Part shown: piece by piece, positions 38,086 to 48,528 of the stretch | Position numbering within the stretch: position 1 is the stretch's first letter | Layout: the number at the start of each line of letters is the position of its first letter | Assembly (NCBI GenBank): GCA_964291395.2 | Contig: OZ219858.1 | Location: 32,001-96,000 of the forward strand | Direction: 5' to 3' | Length of the DNA: 64,000 nucleotides | Origin: Alphaproteobacteria bacterium | Lineage (GTDB): Bacteria; Pseudomonadota; Alphaproteobacteria; UBA2966 | The notes under the pieces: generated by a model | The model's database searches: none | Seen by the model: the letters and a program-made list of their open reading frames with translations, nothing else | What the model was told of the DNA's origin: nothing | Translations under genes and position numbers: made by a program

Positions 38086-38955
38086 ATGAAAGGTCGGACA
38101 CTTGGCGTATGGCACACCCTCAACGGGCTACCGGCGGCGCAACTCGGCGACTTGGCGCGGCGGGTGGAGAATCTCGGGTACACGGCGCTCTGGTATCCCG
38201 AGGCCATCGGTTACGAGGCCTTTTCGCTCGGAGGCCATCTGCTCTCCCGGACCACCACGCTCAAGATCGGAAGCGGCATCGCCAACATCTACGCCCGCGA
38301 TCCCCTGTCTGCCGCCCAGGCCCACGACACGCTCAACGCGATCTACGGCGGCCGTTTTGTCATGGGGTTGGGCGTCTCCCATGCACCCGCGGTGGAGGGT
38401 GTCCGCGGACACACCTACGGCAAACCCGTGGCCACGATGCGGGCTTATCTGGAAACCATGGCCCGCGCCGAGCTCATTACTCCTGACGTCGAGCCGCAGA
38501 TCGTGATCGCCGCGCTCGGACCGCGCATGCTGGCCTTGTCGACAGAACTCGCCCAGGGTGCCCTGCCCTACAGCGTGACGCCCGAACATACCGCTTCGGC
38601 GCGTGGAATCCTCGGCCCGGACCCCTGGCTTTGCGTACAGCAAAAGGTCTGTCTCGAGACCGATCCGGACACCGCGCGCAAGGCCGCCTCGCGTGCGCTG
38701 GGACGTCACCTTCAACTGCCCAACTACCGCAACAGCTGGCTCCGTCAGGGCTTCTCGGAGGACGACTTCGTTGATGGCGGCAGCGAGCGGTTCCTGGACG
38801 CGATCGTCTCCTGGGGAACGGCGGACCGGATCCGCGGCCATATACAGGCGCACTTCGATTCGGGCGCCGATCACGTGTGTATCGAACCCGTCAATCCGCG
38901 CGACGCCGTAGAACCCGACTGGGACGCGATGGAGGCCCTGGCCCCCGCGGGCTGA
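38086..38955 (+). CDS. LLM class oxidoreductase, probable F420-dependent subfamily
   Basis: LGYTALW, GIANIYARD, GRFVMGLGVSH, AALGPRML, VTPEHT..AR, LPNY, GADHV. Confidence 0.88.
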   Translation: MKGRTLGVWHTLNGLPAAQLGDLARRVENLGYTALWYPEAIGYEAFSLGGHLLSRTTTLKIGSGIANIYARDPLSAAQAHDTLNAIYGGRFVMGLGVSHAPAVEGVRGHTYGKPVATMRAYLETMARAELITPDVEPQIVIAALGPRMLALSTELAQGALPYSVTPEHTASARGILGPDPWLCVQQKVCLETDPDTARKAASRALGRHLQLPNYRNSWLRQGFSEDDFVDGGSERFLDAIVSWGTADRIRGHIQAHFDSGADHVCIEPVNPRDAVEPDWDAMEALAPAG

Positions 38956-39073
38956 AATCCTCCATGACCACCCGCGAAATCACCCCTCCGGGGCCGCATG
39001 ACGCCGACCGGTTCTCGTCCCGGAGCGCGGAAACGGTTGACGTAACCTGTTGAAATATCGAAGGGAATCTTGA

Positions 39074-40054
39074 ATGAAGACGCGTAAACTCGGTAACAGC
39101 GATATCTCGGTATCCGCCCTGGGACTCGGCTGCATGAGCATGACCCCGTTCTACGGAGCTCCCGACGACGCGGAATCCGTAGCAACCCTGCGGCGGGCCA
39201 TCGAGCTCGGTATCACCTTCCTCGACACGGCCGTCAGTTACGGAAGCGGAGGCAACGAAGAACTTATCGGACCGGTCCTGAGTGACTTCCGCGACGATGT
39301 CGCAATCGCGACCAAGTTCGGCGTCTACCTCGAACCCGGCGGTATCGGCTACAGCGGCGATCCGGAGTACGCCTATCAATGCTGCGATGCCAGCCTCTAT
39401 CGCCTCAAGACCGACGTCATCGACCTCTGGTACCTGCACCGGGTCGACCCGAACACGCCCGTGGAAGAGACCGTCGGCGCCATGTCGCGCATGGTCGAGA
39501 AGGGGAAGGTGCGGGCACTCGGGATCTGCGAGGTCAGCCCGGCAACCCTGCGGAAGGCGCATGCCGTCCATCCCATCTCGGCCCTTCAGAGCGAGTACTC
39601 CTTGTGGACCCGCGACCCCGAAGGCGACGTTCTGGAAACCTGCCGCGAACTCGGCGTCAGCCTGGTTCCTTACAGCCCGCTCGGACGGGGCTTCTTCACC
39701 GGTACCGTGACCAGCCGGTCCGACTTGCGCGAGAACGACCGCCGCGTTCTTTTTCCACGGTTCAGCGAGGAGAACCTGGAACGCAACGTGCTGCTGCTCG
39801 ACGTCGTCAAGGGCATCGCCGCGGCCAGAGGTTGCACGATGGGTCAGGTGGCGATCGCCTGGGTACTCGCCCAGGGAGACGACATCATCCCCATCCCGGG
39901 GACGCGGCACCGCAGGTACCTCGAGGAGAACACCGGGGCGGTCGACGTCGCTCTCGACGGAAACGACCTCGCCGAACTCGACCGGGCCTTCCCGCGGGAC
40001 GCCGCCTCCGGGCGGCGCCTTCCCGACATGCAGATGCCCTACGTCAACCAATAG
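39074..40054 (+). CDS. Aldo/keto reductase
   Basis: [47 protein letters not shown]. Confidence 0.95.
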   Translation: MKTRKLGNSDISVSALGLGCMSMTPFYGAPDDAESVATLRRAIELGITFLDTAVSYGSGGNEELIGPVLSDFRDDVAIATKFGVYLEPGGIGYSGDPEYAYQCCDASLYRLKTDVIDLWYLHRVDPNTPVEETVGAMSRMVEKGKVRALGICEVSPATLRKAHAVHPISALQSEYSLWTRDPEGDVLETCRELGVSLVPYSPLGRGFFTGTVTSRSDLRENDRRVLFPRFSEENLERNVLLLDVVKGIAAARGCTMGQVAIAWVLAQGDDIIPIPGTRHRRYLEENTGAVDVALDGNDLAELDRAFPRDAASGRRLPDMQMPYVNQ

Positions 40055-40065
40055 AGGCCGACGCC

Positions 40066-40593
40066 ATGAGTCACGTCTTCGGAAAGATCATTCAGACCGC
40101 CTACGTCGTCCGGGATATCCAGGCCGCGATGCGTCACTGGACCGAGATGATGGGCGTCGGCCCCTGGTTCTACCGCGAGAGGGTGCCGTTGGAGACCTTC
40201 ACCTACAAGGGAGAACCGTCCGATCTCGAGATGTCCATCGCACTGGGGTACGACGGGGACATGCAGTTCGAGCTGATCCAGCAACGCAACGACGCGCCCT
40301 CGGTCTACAAGGACTTCCTGGAGACCTTCGGCGAAGGGCAGCAGCACCTGGGATTCCAGGTCGACGGTCTCGACGCCGCCATCGAGAAGGGCAAGAGCCT
40401 TGGCTACGAAATGATGCAGGAAGGCTACATCGCCAATTCGGGTCCCTTCGTTTACATGGGACTCGGCGATCATCCCGGTACCATGGTCGAGTTCCTGACC
40501 ATGCCGGAAGTCCGACGGCGGAACTGGGAGCTCATCAAGGGTTGGGCCCGGGGATGGGACGGATCGGACCCCATCCGGACGGAAATCGTTTGA
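40066..40593 (+). CDS. VOC/glyoxalase family protein
   Basis: QTAYVVRDI..AM.HW...GVGPW, QFELIQQ, EGQQHLG, GTMVE. Confidence 0.9.
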   Translation: MSHVFGKIIQTAYVVRDIQAAMRHWTEMMGVGPWFYRERVPLETFTYKGEPSDLEMSIALGYDGDMQFELIQQRNDAPSVYKDFLETFGEGQQHLGFQVDGLDAAIEKGKSLGYEMMQEGYIANSGPFVYMGLGDHPGTMVEFLTMPEVRRRNWELIKGWARGWDGSDPIRTEIV

Positions 40594-40800
40594 CTCGGTA
40601 CACCCGAATTCCATATCTCGCCGCATCGGCGTCGCGGCACCGGCCGGCTCGTGGCGAGCGGCAAAACCATACGGCGCGCGGCCACTGCATGAAAGTAAGT
40701 GCCCAGCGCCAAACCATGAACGGCCGGATTTGGACAACCGATTCGACATTCGAGGATCGCTCGAACGTCCCCGTTCATTGGTCCTTGAAGATTGAAACTT

Positions 40801-40898
40801 CCGTAACGAATTTGTAACTATCGCCTTTCTCTTCGAACGGGACGACGTTGAGCGTCGCCCTGTTCATGGTCGGCTACGGGTTGTCAGTGAATTGTCGA
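40801..40898 (+). promoter_or_regulatory. Two candidate Pho-box-like 11-bp-spaced direct repeats
   Basis: CCGTAAC-GAAT-TTGTAAC (40801-40818) and TTGTCAG-TGAA-TTGTCGA (40881-40898) upstream of a CYTH-CHAD gene. Confidence 0.4.
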
Positions 40899-40908
40899 AC
40901 GACTCTGG

Positions 40909-42495
40909 ATGCCGAGAATGGCGATGGCGGAACTCCCTGGCCCGAACGTTGAAATCGAACTGAAGCTCAGCGCGTCTGCCGAAACCATCGAAACCCTGTC
41001 GCGGTCCGCGCCCGTCGTACAGGCCTCCGAAGGTCTCGGCATCGTCAAGACTCTGGAAAATACCTACTACGACACCCCCGATTTGAGGCTTTTGGCTCGT
41101 GGAATCGCGCTGCGGGTGCGCAAGGACGGAGAGCGTTTCGTCCAGACCATGAAGACTGAGTTCGAGTCGGGTGGGGCTCTCGCACGCCGCGGTGAGTGGG
41201 AAACCCCGGTCGGGGGTCCTCAGCCTGATCTCACGGCGATCGACGACGCGGACGCGCGTGAACTGCTCGGCTTGATCCTGCCGGGAGAGCTCCAGCCCGT
41301 CTTCAGCAACCGTGTCCGGCGGGAAGTTCGTGTGATCAACGGCCCGGACGAATCAGGTCATGCCCGGACGATCGAGATCGCGGTCGATATCGGCGAAACC
41401 CGGGCCGGCGATGCGACGGAACCGATCGCCGAGATCGAGTTGGAGCTGCTCAAGGGTTCGGCCGAGAACGTTTTCGACCTGGCGCTGGCGTTGCACCGGA
41501 TCGGTCACGTTCGCATCGAGCCGCGCAGCAAGTCGGAACGCGGCTACGCTCTGTCGACGGATATCGTGCCCCGGTGGCAGAAGGCCGAGCCGATCGTCTT
41601 CAATCCGCAAACGACGATCGACGAAGCGCTCGCCGACGTGTTCAACGCCTGCTTCAAACATTGGACCGCCAACGAATCCGCCGCGCTTGATGGGCGCGAC
41701 CCGGAGGGCATCCACCAGATGCGGGTCGGATTGCGGCGATTGCGATCTGCCCTTTCCATCTTTGGACCGCTTCTTCCCGAGGACGCGCTGGCATGGCTCA
41801 AGGAAGAGGCCAGCGACGCACTCGGAGCGCTGGGCCGTGCGCGGGACCTCGATGTATTCCTGGGAGAGCTGCTGAGTCCCGTGGCCCGGGAGTTTCGGGG
41901 TGACGAATGCCTTGTGACCTTGCGTCGCGCCGCGGCGCGCGAGCAGGCCAAGGGGTACGAACAAGCCAGATCGGCCATTGTTTCACCCCGATACACTGAA
42001 TTCGTCCTCCGCTTTGGCGGCTGGGTAGAGGGCCGCCGCTGGCGAACCGAAGGCACATCCGACGTGTTGGACCGCCCCCTCGTCGCCTATGCGGACAAGT
42101 TGTTGGAGAAACGGCATCGCAAGGCACTCAAGCTCGGCCGGCAATTCGAGATTCTGTCGGTGGATGGGCGCCATCAGGTCAGGATTGCGCTCAAGAAGCT
42201 TCGGTATACATCGGAATTCTTCGAATCGCTCCATCCGAGCCGGAAAACCAAACGCTATGTGAAATCCCTTTCACGACTGCAGGATAGTCTTGGTCATCTC
42301 AACGACGTGGCGGTTGCCGAGCGCCTCATGGAAGATCTCGCGAATCGAAGCGCGCTGCCCAGCGAGCAAGCCGCGCTCCAACGGGCCGCCGGCCTGCTGA
42401 TCGGTTGGTACGCACGAGGGGTTGCCGATACGGAACCCGAGACGGTCGCCAACTGGGAGGCATTCTCCGTGGCCGCGCCGTTCTGGCGGCAATAG
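40909..42495 (+). CDS. CYTH and CHAD domain protein (inorganic triphosphatase YgiF-like)
   Basis: EIELKL, YYDTPD, LRVR, QTMK, EIELEL, SKSERGY; HQMRVGLRRLRS, H..RIALKKLRY, LQDSLGHLND. Confidence 0.93.
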   Translation: MPRMAMAELPGPNVEIELKLSASAETIETLSRSAPVVQASEGLGIVKTLENTYYDTPDLRLLARGIALRVRKDGERFVQTMKTEFESGGALARRGEWETPVGGPQPDLTAIDDADARELLGLILPGELQPVFSNRVRREVRVINGPDESGHARTIEIAVDIGETRAGDATEPIAEIELELLKGSAENVFDLALALHRIGHVRIEPRSKSERGYALSTDIVPRWQKAEPIVFNPQTTIDEALADVFNACFKHWTANESAALDGRDPEGIHQMRVGLRRLRSALSIFGPLLPEDALAWLKEEASDALGALGRARDLDVFLGELLSPVAREFRGDECLVTLRRAAAREQAKGYEQARSAIVSPRYTEFVLRFGGWVEGRRWRTEGTSDVLDRPLVAYADKLLEKRHRKALKLGRQFEILSVDGRHQVRIALKKLRYTSEFFESLHPSRKTKRYVKSLSRLQDSLGHLNDVAVAERLMEDLANRSALPSEQAALQRAAGLLIGWYARGVADTEPETVANWEAFSVAAPFWRQ

Positions 42496-42530
42496 ACCAT
42501 TCCGGTCGCAATTCGGTCTCCCGAGGAACG

Positions 42531-43178
42531 ATGATCACGGTACTGGTCGCCAACCCGAAGGGCGGCTGCGGCAAAACCACGATCGCCACCAATCTGGCGG
42601 CAGCCTTCGCCAACGGGGGTCTGCGCACGGCGCTCGCCGATGCCGACCGCCAGCGCAGCAGCCTGTATTGGCTAAAGCTGCGCCCGAGTACGGTCCCGCG
42701 CATTCTCGGCCTCGAGTGGATCAAGGGCGATCCCAAGCCTCCGAAGGGCATCGACCGGCTCGTCATCGATTGCCCGGCCGGCCTTCGGCCGTGGCGGTTC
42801 CGCCAATTCGTCGCGCGCGTCGATGTCGTCGTCATCCCGGTGCTGCCGTCGCCCTTCGACGAGCGAACGGCCGAGCGCTTCGTGAAGCGGATACTGAGGA
42901 ACAAGGCGATCCGCAAACGACGCGCGGCGGTAGGGCTCGTGCGCAACCGAGTCCGCGCCCGATCGCGCGCCGCGGACCACCTGGAGATCGCGACGACCGG
43001 GATGGACGTGCCCGACGTCGGCGAAATCCGGGACCGGGCACTCTATATAGAGGTGGCGTCGAACGGCCTGGGCATCTTCGACCTGCCGACGCCCCGTATC
43101 GAGACGGTCCAGGCCGATTGGTATCCGCTGCTTCGCTACATCGAGACCGCCGGATGGCGCGGTTCGGCAAACGAGTGA
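42531..43178 (+). CDS. ParA family ATPase
   Basis: NPKGGCGKTT deviant Walker A, DADRQ, VIDCPAG, PVLPSPFD. Confidence 0.92.
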   Translation: MITVLVANPKGGCGKTTIATNLAAAFANGGLRTALADADRQRSSLYWLKLRPSTVPRILGLEWIKGDPKPPKGIDRLVIDCPAGLRPWRFRQFVARVDVVVIPVLPSPFDERTAERFVKRILRNKAIRKRRAAVGLVRNRVRARSRAADHLEIATTGMDVPDVGEIRDRALYIEVASNGLGIFDLPTPRIETVQADWYPLLRYIETAGWRGSANE

Positions 43179-43262
43179 GCCGCGAGACGCGGAACCGCAA
43201 AAGCGCACAATATTGCGGCTGAGTCCTCTGCACGGCACCATGGACAAAACCCGGGAGACGCC

Positions 43263-44951
43263 ATGAACCGCGCCAACGCTCCGTTCGACCCCGTAAGCCT
43301 CAAGATCATGTGGGACCGATTGGTCTCCCTGACCGACGAATGCCTCGAGGCGATGGTCCGCGCGTCGTTCTCGACCACGGTGCGGGAGTGCTACGACCTT
43401 TCGGTCACGGTCATGGACCGGCGAGGGCATTTCATGGCTCAGGGCTCTCAGAGCATCCCTTCGTTCACCGGCTCCACGCCGGCTTCGCTCAAACACATGC
43501 TGGACCGCTTTCCGCCGGAGACGCTGGTGCCAGGGGACGTGCTCTGCACCAACGATCCCTGGATGGGCACGGGACACGTCTTCGACCTCACGGTGATGCG
43601 TCCCGTGTTTCGTGGCGATGAGATCGTCGCCTACACCATGAGTATCTCGCATTTGCCCGATATCGGCGGTGTCGGTTACGGCACGGCTGGCTCGGAGATC
43701 TACCAGGAAGGATTGCGCCTGCCGGTTTGCAAGCTCGTCGAAGCCGGCACGGTCAACGAAACCGTGCTGGAGCTGCTGCGTTACAACACGCGGGTGCCGG
43801 AGCAGGTCATCGGCGACTTCATGGCCAACGTGAACTGCAATCAGATCGCCGGGCGCGAGCTGCTGGCGTACATGGGGGAGTACGACCTCGACCAACTGGA
43901 CGATCTGTCGTGGGCGATCCGAAATCAGTCGGAGCAGGCGATGCGCACGAAAATCCGCGCGCTGCGTGACGGTGTCTACGAACACAGCATCAAGATCGAG
44001 GGCTTCCCCGATCCCATCACATTGGCCTGCCGGATCGAGATCGCCGGGGACAGCATGCACATCGATTACGCCGGTACGGATGCCAGCGTGCCGCGCGGCA
44101 TCAATGCTCCCTACTGCTTCACCAACTCCTACTCGCTCTATGCGGTGAAATGTCTCGTCGGCCTGACGACCCCCAACAACCAGGGCGTGATGGCGCCGAT
44201 AAGCGTCGCAGCGCCGGAGGGTTCATGCCTGAACACCCTGCCGCCGTCACCGACCGGGGCGCGGCACCTGACGGGATATTTCTGCATGCCGCTGATCTTC
44301 GGCACTCTCGCCGACGCGGGACCTGAGCAGCTGCAGGCGGATTCCGGAATGCTCAACGTCTTCAACATGCAGGGCCGACACAAGGACGGACGGCCCGTGA
44401 CGGCGCTCTACTTCTCGTCCGGCGGCTTCGGCGCCCTCGATGGCCACGACGGTTGGCCCAACACCGCGCTGCCGGCCAATGTCGCCATCGTGCCCGCCGA
44501 GGTGTGGGAGAACATTACCGGAATGGAGGTCGTGCGTAAGGGGTTGCGGCCCGATACGGGCGGGCCCGGCACGGCGCGCGGCGGACTCGGCGGCGAGACC
44601 GTGCTGCGCAATGCCACGGGCTATCCCATGACGGTTTTCGGGATGGAATGCCGCACCGTGTTTCCGCCGGTTGGCATGCTGGGGGGGTACCCGGGCGAAT
44701 TCCGCGAGACGCGTATCAACGGCGAGCCGGTCGTCTACCGCAGCAGCTACCGGCTCGAGCCCGGTGATGTCATCGAGCTCTTGGAGTGCGGCGGCGGCGG
44801 CTACGGTGATCCGTACGACCGGGACCCTGCGAAGGTCCTCGAGGACGTGCGGCATGGTTTCGTTACCCGGGACGGCGCCTTGCGAGACTATGGCGTCACC
44901 GTCGATCTGACCTCCATGGCGGCCGAACGGGTCCGACCGGCGGCGGAATGA
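43263..44951 (+). CDS. Hydantoinase B/oxoprolinase family protein
   Basis: DPVSLKI, RASFSTTVRE..D, NDPWMGTGH, HLPDIGG, YQEGL, GGGGYGDP. Confidence 0.93.
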   Translation: MNRANAPFDPVSLKIMWDRLVSLTDECLEAMVRASFSTTVRECYDLSVTVMDRRGHFMAQGSQSIPSFTGSTPASLKHMLDRFPPETLVPGDVLCTNDPWMGTGHVFDLTVMRPVFRGDEIVAYTMSISHLPDIGGVGYGTAGSEIYQEGLRLPVCKLVEAGTVNETVLELLRYNTRVPEQVIGDFMANVNCNQIAGRELLAYMGEYDLDQLDDLSWAIRNQSEQAMRTKIRALRDGVYEHSIKIEGFPDPITLACRIEIAGDSMHIDYAGTDASVPRGINAPYCFTNSYSLYAVKCLVGLTTPNNQGVMAPISVAAPEGSCLNTLPPSPTGARHLTGYFCMPLIFGTLADAGPEQLQADSGMLNVFNMQGRHKDGRPVTALYFSSGGFGALDGHDGWPNTALPANVAIVPAEVWENITGMEVVRKGLRPDTGGPGTARGGLGGETVLRNATGYPMTVFGMECRTVFPPVGMLGGYPGEFRETRINGEPVVYRSSYRLEPGDVIELLECGGGGYGDPYDRDPAKVLEDVRHGFVTRDGALRDYGVTVDLTSMAAERVRPAAE

Positions 44952-44952
44952 A

Positions 44953-46299
44953 CTATTCGGCGGCCTCGAGCAGTTCGGCGCTGCAGGCCTTGACGAGCTC
45001 GGCGAGCTTTTTCGGCTTGTCGAATTCGATGCGTTTGCCGTCGAGGCAGGCCTCCGCCATTTTCAGACGCATGGCGCGCAGGAGATCGCCGTTCTCGAAG
45101 ACCTCGGGCGTATAGCCCAACTCTTCCAGGCGCTTGCCGATAACCCAGGGCGGTGCCCAGCCCGGCGTGACACGATAGCCCGCTGTCCGCCCGATCCATT
45201 CCGGCGGCAGGTCGCATGGGCGCCCCGGCATCTGCACGAAATCCGGATCGAGATAGCGGTAGGCCCGCTCGCCAATAATTGGATAGTCCGGCGTGATGCT
45301 TTCGCCCATGTGGATCTTCACCATCCGGCCGGCGATCTCCGACAAGCGCTCAAACTTGTAAGTCTCGCGCACATGCTCGTTGCCGGCCCGAAGCAGGTTG
45401 GTGAGCAGCATCATCGACGAGCCGTGATAGCCCTGGGCCGCATGGGGCGTGAACCCCGACCAGACGCCGTCGGCGCCGGCCAGAATGCCCTCGATCACCG
45501 CGGCGTCCTCGGTGCCGTTGCCGGAATGCGGGTGGAGGAGGATGACGCGCGGCGATGGGTTGTACCGGCGCATGAGCCTGACCAGTTCCGCCGTCTGGAA
45601 CGGGAAATGGGTGCCGCGGACATCCTCGAACATGAGGCCGCTGACGGGTAGCGCGGCGAACAGCTTCAGCATACGTACGACAAACTCGGGATCCTCATCC
45701 CAGGCGTCGAAGACATCGGCGAGCCGCAGGTAGATGCGCCCCCGGCGGTTCGTCGCGTTCTCTTCCGGCAGGTGTTCACGCAGGAACATCACCGCGTCCT
45801 CGATGATGCGGAGCAGTCCCTCGCGGGTGCGCCCCTCTTCCTTCAGCAGGCTCGGGCGGGTATCGAGGTACACCACCACGTTCGGGACCTTGCCCCACAG
45901 AGTCCGCTCGATACCGTAGTTCGTTCGAAACGATGCACCGGGCGCGGCGCCGCCGTCCGTCATGCCCATGGTGGAGACGGTCGAGAACACCCCGTCCATG
46001 TTCTCCCGCTTTTCGATGAACCATTCGAGGAACTGCACGTCGACGTTCCGGAAGTCGAAAAAGCTGAACAGCGCCAATTCCTTGAAACCGAATTCCTCCG
46101 CAAGCCGATAGAGCTTGATACGATCCTTGAGCGTGTGCCCGCGGGGCGCAGGCAAGCGGCCCTCCAGGACCGACAAATCGAGGATGTGAGGCATGACGTT
46201 CCGCAAACGTGACATGCTTGCGTCAAGCCGCCGGTTCATGCCGGCGATGGCGTCTTTGTCTCGCTTGTTGAGTCGGGTCTTGTTGGCCGCACGGGACAT
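44953..46299 (-). CDS. Hypothetical protein, divergent DRE-TIM/HMGL-like barrel
   Basis: Long ORF; ILDLSVLEG, LMFED, LLHPHSGNG, AGADGV, GERAY resemble DRE-TIM elements. Confidence 0.6.
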   Translation of the reverse strand: MSRAANKTRLNKRDKDAIAGMNRRLDASMSRLRNVMPHILDLSVLEGRLPAPRGHTLKDRIKLYRLAEEFGFKELALFSFFDFRNVDVQFLEWFIEKRENMDGVFSTVSTMGMTDGGAAPGASFRTNYGIERTLWGKVPNVVVYLDTRPSLLKEEGRTREGLLRIIEDAVMFLREHLPEENATNRRGRIYLRLADVFDAWDEDPEFVVRMLKLFAALPVSGLMFEDVRGTHFPFQTAELVRLMRRYNPSPRVILLHPHSGNGTEDAAVIEGILAGADGVWSGFTPHAAQGYHGSSMMLLTNLLRAGNEHVRETYKFERLSEIAGRMVKIHMGESITPDYPIIGERAYRYLDPDFVQMPGRPCDLPPEWIGRTAGYRVTPGWAPPWVIGKRLEELGYTPEVFENGDLLRAMRLKMAEACLDGKRIEFDKPKKLAELVKACSAELLEAAE

Positions 46300-46475
46300 C
46301 GCCCACTCCCCAGCAATGGATCCGCAAAGATGTCCCCATGTTAGCCGAAAGGTGCACAGGAAGGGCTACGGCGTCACGACGGTTCTTCCCCTCTCGTCCG
46401 CCCTCTCCGGCCTCCTCCCTGCCAGGGGGGAGGAGAGCAAGGTCGATCCACAAGGGTCCCGGACGGGGAGAGGGC

Positions 46476-47405
46476 TCAATACTGCGCGTCCCGATCCACC
46501 AGGCATTGGAGCGTCTCGCCCCGTTGGGCGCGACGCACCTGGGCGGCCAGCATGGGCACGGCCGTCTCGGGCGCCGTCAGGCTGGAAACGTGGGGCGTGA
46601 TCCGCACTTTGGGATGTGTCCACAGGGGATTGTCCGGCGGCAAGGGCTCCTCGTCGAAGACGTCGAGCGCGGCCCCGGACAACTGCCCCGAATCCAGGGC
46701 CGCCAGCAGGTCGGCCTCGACGACCAAGGCCCCCCGCGCGCAGTTGATCAGGTAGGCTCCCCTCGGCAACTGGCCGAGCGTCTTCTCGTTCAGCACGCCC
46801 CGCGTCTCGGAAGTAAGGGGCAGCAGACAAATGAGGATTTCACTTCCTCTCAGAAAGTCGGGCAGCGCGTCCTTCCCGTGATGGGACGTCACGCCCGGCT
46901 CGTCTTTCGGCGTCCGGCTCCAACTGCCGAGCACGAAGCCGAACGGCCGCAGCCGGCGTGCCGTCGTTCTCCCCAGGGCGCCCAATCCCAGGATGCCGAC
47001 ACCCCGGTCCCCGGCATCCTTCTGCGGCACCTGCCGCCACGACTTGCGGCCCTGAAGGTCCGCGTAGGCGTCGAATTCCCGATGCGACCACAGGGTCAGC
47101 GCCGCCGTGTACTCGGCCATCCGCTCCGCCATGAGCGGATCGATCAGACGCGCGATGGGCACGCCGTCCGGCAGCTTCGGATCCTCGAACAGATGGTCCA
47201 CCCCGGCACCCGGCGAGAGGATGGCCTTGAGGTTGGGAAATCCGGCGAGCCGGCCGCGGGGCAGGTTCCAGACGACCGCAAACTCGATGTCGGCCGGATC
47301 GCCCACGTCGGGCCAAACCCGGAACTCCACGTCCGGAATGAGCCTCGACAGGCCCTCGCGAATCTGTTCGCCTTCTTCCCATTCGCAGTGGAACAGCAAC
47401 GCCAT
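46476..47405 (-). CDS. 2-hydroxyacid dehydrogenase, GhrA-like glyoxylate/hydroxypyruvate reductase
   Basis: GAGVDH, MAEY, GLGALG, LLPLT..T, INCARG, LDVFDEEPL, ITPH. Confidence 0.92.
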   Translation of the reverse strand: MALLFHCEWEEGEQIREGLSRLIPDVEFRVWPDVGDPADIEFAVVWNLPRGRLAGFPNLKAILSPGAGVDHLFEDPKLPDGVPIARLIDPLMAERMAEYTAALTLWSHREFDAYADLQGRKSWRQVPQKDAGDRGVGILGLGALGRTTARRLRPFGFVLGSWSRTPKDEPGVTSHHGKDALPDFLRGSEILICLLPLTSETRGVLNEKTLGQLPRGAYLINCARGALVVEADLLAALDSGQLSGAALDVFDEEPLPPDNPLWTHPKVRITPHVSSLTAPETAVPMLAAQVRRAQRGETLQCLVDRDAQY

Positions 47406-47514
47406 GGCCGGATGCCTCTCGATGACGGAGTGGAAGTGCTACCATCCCCGGGAGCCGAGGCCAAGCAGCGCCGGGACTCGACGAGACCTTCCGCGAGGAA
47501 CGGAGGCAGGATCG

Positions 47515-48528
47515 ATGCGCGACGTCCACGTTCCCGTCATTGACGTGGCGCCGTTTCTGGCGGGCGACGCGGCCGCGAGCCGCGCGCTGGCGCGTGAGGT
47601 CGACGTCGCGTGCCGCGAGATCGGGTTTTTCACCGTCGTGGGCCATGCCGTTCCCGAGACGCTGATCGAGGAAGCGCGGGACGCGGCGCTTGGCTTTTTC
47701 CGCCTGCCTGTCGAGGAGAAGCGGCGAACGCCGCGTCCGTCCCACGAGTCGGGACGCGGCTATACGGTATTCGGCGATCAGGCGCTCGCATACTCCCTGG
47801 GCGTCGAAACGCCCCCCGACCTGCAGGAAAGCTTCGGCATCGGACCGCTCGACGCGCTGCCGGACGACCCCTACTACTCCGCGCCCGAGGCCTGGACGTT
47901 CTTCGCCCCCAACATCTGGCCCTCGACCCCGGTCGAATTTCGGCCCGCGTTCAGCCGGTACTTCGCGAAGATCGATATTCTGTCGCGCCGGCTGATGGGG
48001 CTTTTCGCCCTTGCCCTCGGACTGGACGGACGGTATTTCGACGACAAGGTCGACCGCCCGGTCAGCAGCATGAGAGCCGTTCACTATCCGCCGCTGCGGG
48101 CGACGCCGCAGTCGGGCCAACTGCGTGCGGGCGCACACTCCGACTACGGATCGCTCACCATTCTGCAGACCGACGACGATTCGGGCTGCCTGCAGGTGAA
48201 AACTCGACGCGGCGACTGGATCGACGTGATCCCGCCGCCGGGAGCTTTCGTCGTCAATCTCGGCGACCTCATGAGCCGCTGGACCAATGACCGCTGGATT
48301 TCGACCCTGCACCGCGTGGCCATCCCACCCGACGGCCATGGCGGCGCGCGGCTCTCGCTCGTGTTTTTCGGCCAACCGAACTACGACACCGTGATCGAAT
48401 GCCTGCCGACGTGCCGGGGACCCGACAATCCGCCCCGCTATCCTCCGATCAGCACCGTCGAGCTCTCACGGTCCAAGCACATGAAGGTGCGCCACATGGA
48501 CGTCGGTTACGAGGCCGCCCGCCCCTAG
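47515..48528 (+). CDS. Isopenicillin N synthase family 2OG-Fe(II) oxygenase
   Basis: VPVID, AC..IGFF, HSDYG (HxD), NLGDLMSRWTN, STLHRV, RLS. Confidence 0.93.
   Translation: MRDVHVPVIDVAPFLAGDAAASRALAREVDVACREIGFFTVVGHAVPETLIEEARDAALGFFRLPVEEKRRTPRPSHESGRGYTVFGDQALAYSLGVETPPDLQESFGIGPLDALPDDPYYSAPEAWTFFAPNIWPSTPVEFRPAFSRYFAKIDILSRRLMGLFALALGLDGRYFDDKVDRPVSSMRAVHYPPLRATPQSGQLRAGAHSDYGSLTILQTDDDSGCLQVKTRRGDWIDVIPPPGAFVVNLGDLMSRWTNDRWISTLHRVAIPPDGHGGARLSLVFFGQPNYDTVIECLPTCRGPDNPPRYPPISTVELSRSKHMKVRHMDVGYEAARP

Noticed and set aside
42531-43178. ParA as evidence of a plasmid or prophage
   Set aside because: No parB, rep or phage genes; core chromosomal genes are on the same sequence
46385-46476. 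C-rich/G-rich imperfect hairpins here and near 24575, 33485 and 61185
   Set aside because: Probably terminators or decayed palindromic repeats; too degenerate to define a shared unit by eye
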